Of a stretch of DNA of 64,000 nucleotides, positions 50,179 to 60,040 are shown piece after piece. Under the pieces are notes generated by a model. That model saw only the letters and a list, made by a program, of their open reading frames with translations, ran no database searches and was not told where the DNA came from. How positions within the stretch are numbered: the stretch's first letter is position 1; each line of letters opens with the position of its first letter. A program made the position numbers and the translations under genes. This DNA is from Lachnospiraceae bacterium. GTDB taxonomy: Bacteria > Bacillota > Clostridia > Lachnospirales > Lachnospiraceae. Location of the stretch: contig JAFSHK010000059.1 in the NCBI GenBank assembly GCA_017440375.1, positions 5,045 to 69,044 on the forward strand, read 5' to 3'.

Positions 50179-51178
50179 GTTCCAAATTCCTGCTTCTTCT
50201 CTTCTGGTCACTGTGCTTCTTTTCTTTTGTTTCGTAATCGTCATAAGCTTTGACAATCTTCTGGACAAGCGGATGTCTCACAACATCCTTACTTGTTAAA
50301 TTACAAAAAGCAATATCATCAATTTTCGCCAAAACCTTCGTTGCGACATCAAGACCTGATTTCGCATCCGGTGCCAAATCCTTCTGGGAAGCATCACCTG
50401 TTACAACAACCTTGGACCCAAAACCAATTCGAGTCAAAAACATCTTCATCTGTGCCGGTGTGGTATTCTGTGCTTCATCCAGAATAATATAGGCGTTATC
50501 TAAAGTTCTTCCTCGCATGTAAGCAAGCGGTGCTACTTCAATCAACCCTTTTTCCATATTTTTGGCAAAGCTCTCAGCACCCATAATCTGATACAAGGCA
50601 TCATACAATGGGCGTAAATATGGGTCAACCTTACTCTGCAAATCTCCCGGTAAAAACCCTAATTTTTCGCCTGCTTCAATCGCTGGTCTTGTTAAAATAA
50701 TACGACTCACTTCGTTATTTTTAAAAGCTGTAATTGCCATCGCCATTGCCAGATACGTCTTTCCGGTTCCGGCAGGACCTAGTCCAAACACAATCATATT
50801 ATTGCGAATGGCATCTACATATTGCTTCTGTCCCAACGTCTTTGGTTTAATCGGCTTACCGCTTATGGTATGACAAATACAATCTTTGTCTATCGTAAGA
50901 AGCACATCTTCCTTACTTTCTTTTCCCATCTCTATTGCATAATCTATATTTTGTTCCTGCAAAATATTTCCTCTTTCCGACAAGGTAATAAGTTCCTTTA
51001 CAATGCTAGCTGCTTTCTCTACGTCTCCCTGTCTGCCACTTATCTTCACAGCACCATCTCTATCCACAATCATTACCTGAAAGTCTTTTTCTATCTTCTT
51101 GATATATGTGTCGCATTCCCCGAACAGGTTCTGCATATGTTCCATGGGAACACTCATTCTGATTGTAAACTCTTCCAT
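50165..51178 (-). CDS. phoH: PhoH-family ATPase
   Basis: GPAGTGKT, RPAIEAGEKLGFLPG, YMRGRTL, DEAQN, VRHPLV. Confidence 0.92.
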   Translation of the reverse strand: MEEFTIRMSVPMEHMQNLFGECDTYIKKIEKDFQVMIVDRDGAVKISGRQGDVEKAASIVKELITLSERGNILQEQNIDYAIEMGKESKEDVLLTIDKDCICHTISGKPIKPKTLGQKQYVDAIRNNMIVFGLGPAGTGKTYLAMAMAITAFKNNEVSRIILTRPAIEAGEKLGFLPGDLQSKVDPYLRPLYDALYQIMGAESFAKNMEKGLIEVAPLAYMRGRTLDNAYIILDEAQNTTPAQMKMFLTRIGFGSKVVVTGDASQKDLAPDAKSGLDVATKVLAKIDDIAFCNLTSKDVVRHPLVQKIVKAYDDYETKEKKHSDQKRRSRNLEHGRK

Positions 51179-51181
51179 AGG

Positions 51182-52414
51182 TTATTCTATCGTCGCCTCT
51201 TCACTTTCCGTAACAGGGATTTGCTGAGTCGTATTTGCAACCTTCTTAACTGCGGCTTCTTCCAACTGCATTCTGGCATTCAAAACCCATTTGTCCCTAT
51301 TCTTATTTATTGTAACATTTTTTTCCGTAATTTGTACCCCTTTTTCCTCTAAAGTCTGTAATATTTTATTCCATTCCTCTTCCATAATCTGTTGCATCTC
51401 TTCTTCGGTATGTTCTTTCTCTACTAATGTGTATTCTTTTGCATATTTTACCCCATAATACGCCGGCAAATACAAATGGTCTAATAACTGTACCTGTTTC
51501 TTTTCGCCAATCACATCGAAAGTCTTATACGCTATCTTTCCGAAAGAAACATTCCACTCTTTATCCCGAAAGCCGAATAACCAGATTTTTTTCTCTTCAC
51601 CGGAATATTCTTTTTCCTGATATGTAATACTTTTCTCAACAGAAATCGATTTTTCATAAGAGATTAAAATATCGGCATCCGCATCATAATATTGATATTT
51701 GCGCACCGTGGCATCCTCATTATACACCGGCACTGCACCGCTTACCAGAATCTGTCCCTTTTCCACTGTATCACCTACCGCAACCTGCGGAACACCTTTT
51801 CGGGTAATCATATAAACAATAACACCAGCTTTGGTTGCCACAATGTCTTGCTTTGACTGACTGACTTGGTCATACTCAGACATTTCATTTTCCTTTATCT
51901 GAATAATCAGTGTCGTACCTTCTACCTTTAGCGAGGTCCAAGTAATAACATCATATTCCTCACGTATCTGTTTTTCCAGTTCTTCAATCTGCAAGTCCTC
52001 TTTTTTCATGGCGGTATGTACCCCTTGGCTTTCCAGATAATCCAACAATACATCTTCTGTCAGAGAATAATTTCCTTCAATCTCAATATTCCATATATAA
52101 CGCGCCGTAATCATCCAAAACAACAGGCACGCAAGAAGTCCCAACACAAAAATTTTTCTTTTTTTCATTTTGGGCACAAAAAAAGGCAGTCCATACCTTC
52201 GTAAGACGGATGCCCTTGTCCCTGTTTTCCGAAGAAGTGTTTTCAAAGCAAAAAAGCCTTGAATGCTTATCTTCATCGTATAATAATCACCATGATTTTC
52301 GATATCCCATACCAAAATATCATGATTACCGCACAGATTCAAAAAACGCTCTGTTGAATAGCCCCATACCTTGATGGAGACATAACCCTTAATATATTGC
52401 ACCCAATGAAGCAT
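51182..52414 (-). CDS. yqfD: Sporulation protein YqfD
   Basis: GYVSIKVWG..ERFLNL, YGLPF, DIVATKAGVI, VGDTVEKGQILVSG; position upstream of phoH. Confidence 0.85.
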   Translation of the reverse strand: MLHWVQYIKGYVSIKVWGYSTERFLNLCGNHDILVWDIENHGDYYTMKISIQGFFALKTLLRKTGTRASVLRRYGLPFFVPKMKKRKIFVLGLLACLLFWMITARYIWNIEIEGNYSLTEDVLLDYLESQGVHTAMKKEDLQIEELEKQIREEYDVITWTSLKVEGTTLIIQIKENEMSEYDQVSQSKQDIVATKAGVIVYMITRKGVPQVAVGDTVEKGQILVSGAVPVYNEDATVRKYQYYDADADILISYEKSISVEKSITYQEKEYSGEEKKIWLFGFRDKEWNVSFGKIAYKTFDVIGEKKQVQLLDHLYLPAYYGVKYAKEYTLVEKEHTEEEMQQIMEEEWNKILQTLEEKGVQITEKNVTINKNRDKWVLNARMQLEEAAVKKVANTTQQIPVTESEEATIE

Positions 52415-52474
52415 ATTTCTTCCACAAGCCTTTCTAAATTTTTCACTAATTTTTGCAAATCCAGTATATGCCTC

Positions 52475-52762
52475 TTATATATATCGGATTTGCTCAATAT
52501 TTCCGCTAATTTTCATATCTTCATTGGTATAATAATCTATAGAAAGCTCTTCCCCTTGAAAACAGATTTTACAGTTCTTTCCCTGCAAAACGATGGATTC
52601 CTTCGTATATTCCAGAATCCCTTTATAATTTTCAATCAAAGCCTCCCTATTCCCCGTTACGGTCACAATCGCGGCACCTAACAGGGAATCTTTCGGAAGC
52701 TTCAATGATTCTACAATCAATTCTTTTTGTCTTGCTAATGTCTTTTTGGTGTTTTTTCTCAT
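52475..52762 (-). CDS. yqfC: YabP/YqfC-family sporulation protein
   Basis: LPKD, VTGNREALIENYKGILEY, ISGNI. Confidence 0.85.
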   Translation of the reverse strand: MRKNTKKTLARQKELIVESLKLPKDSLLGAAIVTVTGNREALIENYKGILEYTKESIVLQGKNCKICFQGEELSIDYYTNEDMKISGNIEQIRYI

Positions 52763-52767
52763 AGTAA

Positions 52768-52797
52768 ACTATATGAACCAATTTACAAATTGATAAC
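52768..52797 (-). promoter_or_regulatory. Putative sigma-E promoter for yqfC-yqfD
   Basis: Minus strand GTTATCA-N15-CATATAGT; the -10 fits the SigE CATAcanT pattern. Confidence 0.45.
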
Positions 52798-52811
52798 TCC
52801 AAAATAACAAT

Positions 52812-54116
52812 TTACTGTACAATACCTTTTATAAAATCACTTTTCTCTATTTGCTTGTCACAGAATGTATAAGCCTTTAAGAAACGTTCCTTTGCCACTC
52901 CCAATTTCTTCTCATCATTCGCATGAATGGTAGCAAGAGATTCTCCAACCCTGACATAATCACCGACTTTTTTATGCAAAACCAAACCGACCGACAAATC
53001 AATCTCACTTTCCTTCGTTTCTCTGCCGCCTCCAAGAATCAAAGAACAGATACCGATTTCATCACAAACAATCTTTTCAATATAACCTTCCTTCTCAGAA
53101 CAAATCTCTTCCACAATCGCTGCCTGTGGTAAAAGTGAAGTATCATATACTGCCGCAGGGTTACCGCCCTGTGCTTCAACAAATTCTGCCAGTTTTCGAA
53201 GCGCTGTACCCTCTTCAATTGCTCTGGCAAGCATTTCTTCTGCCTGTTCCAGCGTATCTGCTTTACCACCGGCTACTACCATCTGAGAACCTAATGTCAT
53301 ACACAGCTTCACAAAATCTTTCGGTCCGTTACCCTGTAATGTCTCAATTGCCTCTTTCACCTCCAATGCGTTACCTACTGCGAAACCAAGAGGCTGATCC
53401 ATATCTGATACCACCGCAACGGTCTTTCTTCCCGCATGCTTCCCAAGTGTTACCATTTCTTTGGCAAGCGTAAAAGCATCCTCTTCTTTCTTCATAAACG
53501 CACCGCTTCCGGTCTTCACATCAAGTACAATCGCATCGGCACCTGATGCCAGCTTCTTACTCATAATAGAACTCGCTATTAAGGACATATTATCTACCGT
53601 CGCTGTCACATCCCGAAGAGCGTATAACTTTTTATCTGCCGGTGCTAAATCCAAGGTTTGTCCCATAATTGAAATACCAATCCGGTTCACCTGGTCTATA
53701 AAATGCTTTGAAGAAATTCCTGTTGAGAACCCTTCAAAGCTCTCTAATTTATCAATTGTTCCTCCGGTATGTCCTAATCCTCTTCCACTCATTTTGGCAA
53801 TTTTCACACCACAAGAAGCTACCATAGGACCTAATGCAATGGATGTTTTATCCCCCACACCTCCGGTAGAATGTTTATCCACCTTCGTACCACCGATTGC
53901 CGATAAATCAAGCATGTCTCCACTGTTTGCCATAGCAATCGTAAGTGCCGCCGTCTCTTCTTCATTCATTCCCTGAAAATAAATTGCCATCATCATGGCA
54001 GACATCTGATAGTCCGGAATTTTTCCTGCTGTATATTCAGAAATCATAAAGTTGATTTCTTCTTTTGTTAAATCTGCGCCATTACGCTTCTTCATGATTA
54101 AGTCATACATTCTCAT
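52812..54116 (-). CDS. pdp: Pyrimidine-nucleoside phosphorylase
   Basis: MRMYDLIMKKR, DKHSTGGVGD, SGRGLGHTGGT, SIMSKK. Start 54116. Confidence 0.93.
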   Translation of the reverse strand: MRMYDLIMKKRNGADLTKEEINFMISEYTAGKIPDYQMSAMMMAIYFQGMNEEETAALTIAMANSGDMLDLSAIGGTKVDKHSTGGVGDKTSIALGPMVASCGVKIAKMSGRGLGHTGGTIDKLESFEGFSTGISSKHFIDQVNRIGISIMGQTLDLAPADKKLYALRDVTATVDNMSLIASSIMSKKLASGADAIVLDVKTGSGAFMKKEEDAFTLAKEMVTLGKHAGRKTVAVVSDMDQPLGFAVGNALEVKEAIETLQGNGPKDFVKLCMTLGSQMVVAGGKADTLEQAEEMLARAIEEGTALRKLAEFVEAQGGNPAAVYDTSLLPQAAIVEEICSEKEGYIEKIVCDEIGICSLILGGGRETKESEIDLSVGLVLHKKVGDYVRVGESLATIHANDEKKLGVAKERFLKAYTFCDKQIEKSDFIKGIVQ

Positions 54117-54175
54117 AAAAATCCCTCCTATACTCCATCTGTTCTTCAAGTAAAACACCTGACATATTAACAGTT

Positions 54176-54655
54176 TTATTTATGATATGGTTCACCATTC
54201 ATAATACGATACCCTCGATAAATCTGTTCTAACAAAACAACTCGCATCAACTGATGTGGAAAAGTCATTTTCGAAAAACTAACTGCCAAATCGGAACGCT
54301 TGCATATACTTTCATGTAAGCCAAGAGAACCACCAATAATAAACTGGATATGACTCGTTCCTTGCACACCGAGTTTCTCTATTTTCTGTGAAAACTCTAC
54401 CGAATCAAACATCGTGCCTGCAATTTCCAAAGTCATTACAAAAGCATCCTCTTTCACATACTTCAAAATGCGCTCTGCTTCTTTTTCTTTAATCTGCATT
54501 TCTTCCAGTTCGCTTGCTCTGTCCGGGTTTTTTTCATCTTCCACTTCAACTATTTCCAATTTACAATAACGACTTAGTCGCTTTGCATATTCTGCTATCG
54601 CATCCCGGTAAAATTTCTCTTTTATTTTTCCTACTGAAATAATTGTTATTCTCAT
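54176..54655 (-). CDS. rlmH: 23S rRNA m3Psi1915 methyltransferase RlmH
   Basis: MRITIISVGKIKE, FIIGGSLG, MTFPHQLMRVVLLEQIYR, PYHK. Start 54655. Confidence 0.95.
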   Translation of the reverse strand: MRITIISVGKIKEKFYRDAIAEYAKRLSRYCKLEIVEVEDEKNPDRASELEEMQIKEKEAERILKYVKEDAFVMTLEIAGTMFDSVEFSQKIEKLGVQGTSHIQFIIGGSLGLHESICKRSDLAVSFSKMTFPHQLMRVVLLEQIYRGYRIMNGEPYHK

Positions 54656-54668
54656 ATACTTATCATTC

Positions 54669-55373
54669 TCATGCTTCAAATAAATTTTGATAATAATCAT
54701 CTACAAAATGATCCAAAAACTCTTCATCAAGATTCATAAATTTGTCTCTAATCATCTTCTTCATTTTATCGGCACGTCTGAAATATTTCTGTTCTTCTAA
54801 CATTTCTTCCATCCCCAAGAGTCCATTATCAATCATCTCTGCCGTTAAGTTTTCCTGACACCATTTCGTTATTTCTTCCAACAAGGTATCTTCTGACTTC
54901 GCCTGAACAGATAATATTTTGAAGGTTCGCATGGAAACAATACCAAAAATAATAAAGAGTAAAAATAACACTCCCATAACACCACAAATCAAATACTTCG
55001 TCGTTGAAGAATTTTGATATAACGGTATAATTCCTAATAAAATCAGCACCACTGCCACAAACCCCAGAACTCCAACGAATAACAATGTGTATGCCGAAGA
55101 CTTGTTTTCTTCTGCTTTCTGCGCACTGTTACGATATGCTTTCGTCCATTTCTGTTCATTTCCATCCGGTGCGCCTTCTCCTTCCTGTTGTTCATCTTGT
55201 GCCGTTTCTTCGACGCTTTCTTCTTCCATTTCCTCAAAAGCTGCTTCCTTTTCTTCTAATGCAGCTTTTTGCCTCTTGTATTCTTCCAGACTTTCAACAA
55301 GTTCCGTACCACAGTCTGCGCACACCGTTATTCCTTTTATATATTCATTTTCGCATTTGGGACACCAAGCCAT
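54669..55373 (-). CDS. Zinc-ribbon, two-TM hypothetical protein
   Basis: WCPKC...VCADC N-terminus, acidic linker, two TM segments. Confidence 0.7.
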   Translation of the reverse strand: MAWCPKCENEYIKGITVCADCGTELVESLEEYKRQKAALEEKEAAFEEMEEESVEETAQDEQQEGEGAPDGNEQKWTKAYRNSAQKAEENKSSAYTLLFVGVLGFVAVVLILLGIIPLYQNSSTTKYLICGVMGVLFLLFIIFGIVSMRTFKILSVQAKSEDTLLEEITKWCQENLTAEMIDNGLLGMEEMLEEQKYFRRADKMKKMIRDKFMNLDEEFLDHFVDDYYQNLFEA

Positions 55374-55452
55374 GTGGATACCCTCCTTATGTATTTTCTT
55401 ATACCATCATAGACGATGATTTATGATTCCATTATAAACGAAGCTTCATTTG

Positions 55453-55481
55453 TTGACAATATCATCCAATTTGGATATGAT
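55453..55481 (+). promoter_or_regulatory. Sigma-A promoter for the 587-aa membrane protein
   Basis: TTGACA-N17-TATGAT. Confidence 0.7.
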
Positions 55482-55510
55482 TAAAAAACCAAGGCTAATA
55501 GGAGCATTAC

Positions 55511-57274
55511 ATGAATTTAGAAAACAAAAAATTATTATTGTTAAATACTCTCGAAAGTTTTTTTACTTCCTGGGCTTTTATGAAGGCAGGCAGAATGGAA
55601 CCCGGCAATCTCTTAACCGGTGTTTTCTTTCTTCTCTCTTTCTTCTTATATCGTCATATCAGTGTTCGTTTGTGTATGAAAACGTTTATGTATCATCCTC
55701 GCGTAAAACGAACCGGTATGTTTCTTGCTGTTTTATTTACCATACTCTATATGGCGGTAGATTATCCTTCTTATATCGAGACACTTACCAATCCACTATT
55801 TCGCATTACTGTAATAATCGCTGTTTTCCTCGGATTTTTTATTGCATTCTATAAATTACTTATGCTGTTATTTTCTTATAGCGGTGATAAGGAAACCTTA
55901 TCTATACTGCTTTATCAGCCATCAGACAAAAAGCCGATGAAACATTTTCCACTCTGTTGCTTTATCCTGTGCTTGATTTGTTGGTTACCTTATTTTTTAT
56001 ATCAATATCCGGGAATTATGACTCCTGATAGTATCAATCAGTTTGAACAGGTGCTCGGAGTTATTCCTTATAGCAATCATCATCCTTTTGTACATACTAT
56101 GTTAATAAAATTGTTTTACAATATTGGATTACTATTCACATCTGATATGGTAATTGCTATTTCATTTTATACCTTTTTTCAGATGTGTTTATTAGCCTTG
56201 AGTGTCTTTTATTTTATACAAACTCTGGAACAGTTCGAAATTCGACAGGGCATTTTAATTATTCTCACTCTATTCTATGCCCTCGTTCCTTATCATGCCG
56301 TTTTTTCGGTAACATTATGGAAAGATATTCCTTTTGCTACGGCAGTTATGCTTTTTAGCTGCTCATTACTTCGTATCTACAAAAAAATAAATATTCCTAA
56401 CCTGCTTGTGTTTATCCTGTCAGGCATTATGCTGTGCTTATTCCGTTCTAACGGCTGGTACGGTTTCTTATTATGTCTTCCTTTCTTGTTCTACTATTAC
56501 CGTAAGCAGGCCAAAGTTATATTTCCGGCACTGGCAGCTATTCTATTATCCGCTGTCATTGTCAAATATCCTGTTATGAATTCTCTTGCGGTTACACAGC
56601 CTGATTTTATTGAATCATTGTGTATTCCTACTCAGCAGATTGCTGCTGTCATTTGTAACGACAGAGAATTGACCGATGCTCAGCTGACTCTCATCGAAAA
56701 TGTCATTGATTTAACATACATCAAAGATTTATACAATCCGACTTTTGCAGATAACATGAAGGAACTTGTACGTGCCGGCAATCAGGACTACTTAGTTGCC
56801 CACAAAGGTGAATTTTTCAAACTCTGGGCGGAACTCGGCATTTCCTATCCAATGGATTATTTAAAGGCATATGTCAATCAGACTTACGGTTACTGGTATC
56901 CGGATTCTTTCTATCTGGTTGCTGAAGGAGAAGGCATCAGTGCCTCTTCTCTTGGTGTTTCTCATACCCCATTGATTGGTGGGCCTATTGTTGTGAAAGC
57001 CAAAGAAATATCTATCAAATTAGGAAGCATGGTACCTATTTACAGCTTATTATGGAGTATGGGTGTTGCTTTCTGGTTTTTCTTGTTCTGCATCGGCAAT
57101 TCCTGGATAAGAGAAGAAAAGGCAAAGCTTGTTTACTATCTTCCAAGCTTCACCTTATATCTTACGGTTCTGATTGCAACTCCGGTTGCAACTGATTTCC
57201 GTTATGTTTATTTTATGGTATTCTCGTTACCGTTCTATCTGATGGTAACGCTTATTGCTCCGGATCGAAATTAA
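55511..57274 (+). CDS. DUF6020-like polytopic membrane protein (possible GT-C glycosyltransferase)
   Basis: YPGIMTPDSINQ, SNHHPFVHT, LWKD, FRSNG, DFRY; many TM segments. Confidence 0.7.
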   Translation: MNLENKKLLLLNTLESFFTSWAFMKAGRMEPGNLLTGVFFLLSFFLYRHISVRLCMKTFMYHPRVKRTGMFLAVLFTILYMAVDYPSYIETLTNPLFRITVIIAVFLGFFIAFYKLLMLLFSYSGDKETLSILLYQPSDKKPMKHFPLCCFILCLICWLPYFLYQYPGIMTPDSINQFEQVLGVIPYSNHHPFVHTMLIKLFYNIGLLFTSDMVIAISFYTFFQMCLLALSVFYFIQTLEQFEIRQGILIILTLFYALVPYHAVFSVTLWKDIPFATAVMLFSCSLLRIYKKINIPNLLVFILSGIMLCLFRSNGWYGFLLCLPFLFYYYRKQAKVIFPALAAILLSAVIVKYPVMNSLAVTQPDFIESLCIPTQQIAAVICNDRELTDAQLTLIENVIDLTYIKDLYNPTFADNMKELVRAGNQDYLVAHKGEFFKLWAELGISYPMDYLKAYVNQTYGYWYPDSFYLVAEGEGISASSLGVSHTPLIGGPIVVKAKEISIKLGSMVPIYSLLWSMGVAFWFFLFCIGNSWIREEKAKLVYYLPSFTLYLTVLIATPVATDFRYVYFMVFSLPFYLMVTLIAPDRN

Positions 57275-58442
57275 GCATTTCTCTCATACCTTGATTTTTA
57301 TTATCTTCTTCCATAATATCCATATAGACACTGGTATCTTCTCGTTTCTGCCATACGGAGCATTCACCGATAGCACTCACGTCCCGCCATAAGTCAAATA
57401 CACCATTATGCGCTGTACCGCTCCATTCCTCTACATTTCCGGTATAGTCTACAGTATTGGCATACAATTCTCCATCATATAAACCGTTTGTGAAATTTCC
57501 TACCACATTTTGAAGGATTCTTTCTCTTACTTCCAGCTTCGTAATATCTACATCATAGTGTTCTGCACCCTCACCGTTAGGCAAATCGTTTGCCCACTGG
57601 CCGGAATAACTATGAGCCTGATATTTTTTCTTCGTAGTCGGTTGTCCAATCGGATCGATATAGAACCTGTACCATCTTCCATCACCGCTTCTGACACCAT
57701 GAGCCCATGAACCGTAATAGTACGTATTCTTCTCATAAATCGCCAGACCCTTGCCATCCGGAAGACCATTTCCGTCTACTTCACCCATATAATAGTAATT
57801 GTCCGTATTTTCCAGACTGGCTGAAAGTTTCACATATCGTTTCAAATGTGCCAAATCCCATACTGCCTCTAAATTATTATCCGCAAAATACGGTAACATT
57901 TCATTTAAAATAAATTCTTTTGTATAGGAAACATCATTTTCGTCTTCTACATCAACAACAATTGCTGTTTTATCAACCGTATCTGAAACCGGTTCTACAT
58001 ATTCTTCCGACGTGTCTTCACCTGCTTCTTCTTGCGTCATCACTTCCTCAACCAACGCATCTTCCATTGGTACTTCTTCCGAATCTACAACAATTGCTCC
58101 GGTATCCGGTTTATTTACCAGATTATCATTCTGCTTCTGTTCATAAGCATATTCTGTAATACTTTGCTGCAAAGCTTCACTGCTGCTCTGCTCATCAGAC
58201 TTAGACCTTCCCGGTAAAACAAGTAACATGATAATAATGCAAAGAAGCAACACCAATATAATACTAAGCAAAATAACCGTCAATGTATTACTCTGTTTGA
58301 ATAAATTCTTAAATATTCCGGACTGTTGACTTTCCATATCATCTTCTTCATGATCCAAATCAACTTCAATGATATCCTCTTCTTCTGCGTTTAAATTAAC
58401 ATCATTTTCTTCGTTTCGATTATTTCTTTCCAATAAATTCAT
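57252..58442 (-). CDS. Single-TM acidic protein with MORN-like repeats
   Basis: YMGEVDGNGLPDGKG, YYGSWAHGVRSGDG, YSGQWANDLPNGEG, VGNFTNGLYDG. Confidence 0.7.
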   Translation of the reverse strand: MNLLERNNRNEENDVNLNAEEEDIIEVDLDHEEDDMESQQSGIFKNLFKQSNTLTVILLSIILVLLLCIIIMLLVLPGRSKSDEQSSSEALQQSITEYAYEQKQNDNLVNKPDTGAIVVDSEEVPMEDALVEEVMTQEEAGEDTSEEYVEPVSDTVDKTAIVVDVEDENDVSYTKEFILNEMLPYFADNNLEAVWDLAHLKRYVKLSASLENTDNYYYMGEVDGNGLPDGKGLAIYEKNTYYYGSWAHGVRSGDGRWYRFYIDPIGQPTTKKKYQAHSYSGQWANDLPNGEGAEHYDVDITKLEVRERILQNVVGNFTNGLYDGELYANTVDYTGNVEEWSGTAHNGVFDLWRDVSAIGECSVWQKREDTSVYMDIMEEDNKNQGMREMLNFDPEQ

Positions 58443-58609
58443 ACGCTCACTCCGTTCTGTTATTTAACAGACTACTTTTAGTCGTCATAATCCAGACAAG
58501 TTCTTTCTCCATGTTATATTTTTATTCTACAAGTATTTCCTTAAAGAAATAATAGGAAAATTATTAAGTTTTTCTTATGATATTATATCCTCTAAAAACG
58601 GTAAACTAA

Positions 58610-58640
58610 CAAAGAGGTACAGTGCTCTGTACCCCTTTTG
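58610..58640. terminator. Hairpin after nfnB (probable terminator)
   Basis: CAAAGAGGTACAG-TGCT-CTGTACCCCTTTTG imperfect inverted repeat. Confidence 0.55.
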
Positions 58641-58654
58641 CTATCGGATAAAAT

Positions 58655-60040
58655 TTATTTGTTAGATAAATACTCATCAATACCTTTTGCTGCTGCTTTA
58701 CCCGCACCCATAGCAAGAATAACAGTAGCTGCACCTGTTACGGCATCACCACCGGCATAAACGCCTTCTTTGCTTGTTTTACCATGTTCTTCATCAGCAA
58801 CAATACATTTCCATTTATTAACTTCCAAGCCTTCTGTTGTAGAAGAAATCAATGGATTTGGAGAAGTACCAAGTGACATAATAACTGTATCTACGTTCAT
58901 AACAAATTCAGAACCTTCTACCTCTACCGGTCTTCTTCTTCCGGAAGCATCCGGCTCACCAAGTTCCATCTTCACACACTTCATACCACAAACCCAACCG
59001 TTTTCATCGGAAATAATCTCAACCGGATTTGTTAATAAATCAAAAATAATACCTTCTTCTTTTGCATGATGAACTTCTTCCACACGAGCAGGCAACTCCT
59101 CTTCGCTTCTACGATACACGATATGTACCTTAGCACCAAGACGAAGTGCTGTTCTTGCAGCATCCATTGCTACGTTACCACCACCAACAACGGCAACTTC
59201 TTTACCTTTCATAATTGGTGTATTGGAATTTTCATCAAATGCTTTCATCAAGTTGCTTCTTGTTAAGTATTCATTTGCAGAGAAAACTCCGTTTGCCTGC
59301 TCACCAGGAATTCCCATGAACTTCGGAAGACCTGCACCGGAGCCGATAAATACCGCATCAAAGCCTTCTTCATCCATTAACTCATCAATGGTTACAGATT
59401 TACCAACTACTACGTTCGTTTCAATCTTAACACCAAGAGATTTTACATTTTCAATTTCTTTTGCAACAACTGCTTCTTTCGGAAGACGGAATTCAGGAAT
59501 ACCATAAACAAGTACACCACCTGCCTCATGCAATGCTTCAAAAATAGTTACGTCATAACCCATTTTTGCAAGGTCACCTGCACAAGTAAGACCGGATGGA
59601 CCGGAACCGATAACAGCAACTTTTTTGCCCTTTTTCTCTTTTGCACCTTCCGGTTTCACATTATTCTCTCTAGCCCAGTCAGCTACAAAACGCTCCAATT
59701 TACCGATAGAAATCGGCTCACCCTTAATACCGCGGATACATTTACCTTCACACTGGCTTTCTTGTGGACATACACGACCACATACAGCAGGAAGTGCAGA
59801 AGATTCACTTATAATCTGATAAGCAGCTTCAATATCGCCGTCTTTTACTTTTTCAATGAAGCCCGGAATGTTGATAGAAACCGGACATCCTTTTACGCAC
59901 TGTGCATTCTTACAATTAATACATCTGGAAGCCTCTTCCATTGCCTCTTCCATGCTGTATCCAAGACATACTTCTTCAAAATTTGTTGCACGTTCCTTTG
60001 CATCCTGCTCACGAACAGGTACTTTCTTCATAACGTCCAT
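58655..60040 (-). CDS. nfnB: GltD/SudA-like flavoprotein; probable electron-bifurcating transhydrogenase large subunit NfnB
   Basis: EASRCINC...CVKGCP, CGRVCPQESQCE, GSGPSG, YGIPEFRLP, GGGNVAMD; paired with an nfnA-like gene and no gltB nearby. Confidence 0.8.
   Translation of the reverse strand: MDVMKKVPVREQDAKERATNFEEVCLGYSMEEAMEEASRCINCKNAQCVKGCPVSINIPGFIEKVKDGDIEAAYQIISESSALPAVCGRVCPQESQCEGKCIRGIKGEPISIGKLERFVADWARENNVKPEGAKEKKGKKVAVIGSGPSGLTCAGDLAKMGYDVTIFEALHEAGGVLVYGIPEFRLPKEAVVAKEIENVKSLGVKIETNVVVGKSVTIDELMDEEGFDAVFIGSGAGLPKFMGIPGEQANGVFSANEYLTRSNLMKAFDENSNTPIMKGKEVAVVGGGNVAMDAARTALRLGAKVHIVYRRSEEELPARVEEVHHAKEEGIIFDLLTNPVEIISDENGWVCGMKCVKMELGEPDASGRRRPVEVEGSEFVMNVDTVIMSLGTSPNPLISSTTEGLEVNKWKCIVADEEHGKTSKEGVYAGGDAVTGAATVILAMGAGKAAAKGIDEYLSNK

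Noticed and set aside
58655-60040. Annotation as glutamate synthase (gltA/gltD)
   Set aside because: No gltB is adjacent, and pairing with a PyrK/SudB-like gene fits NfnAB better.
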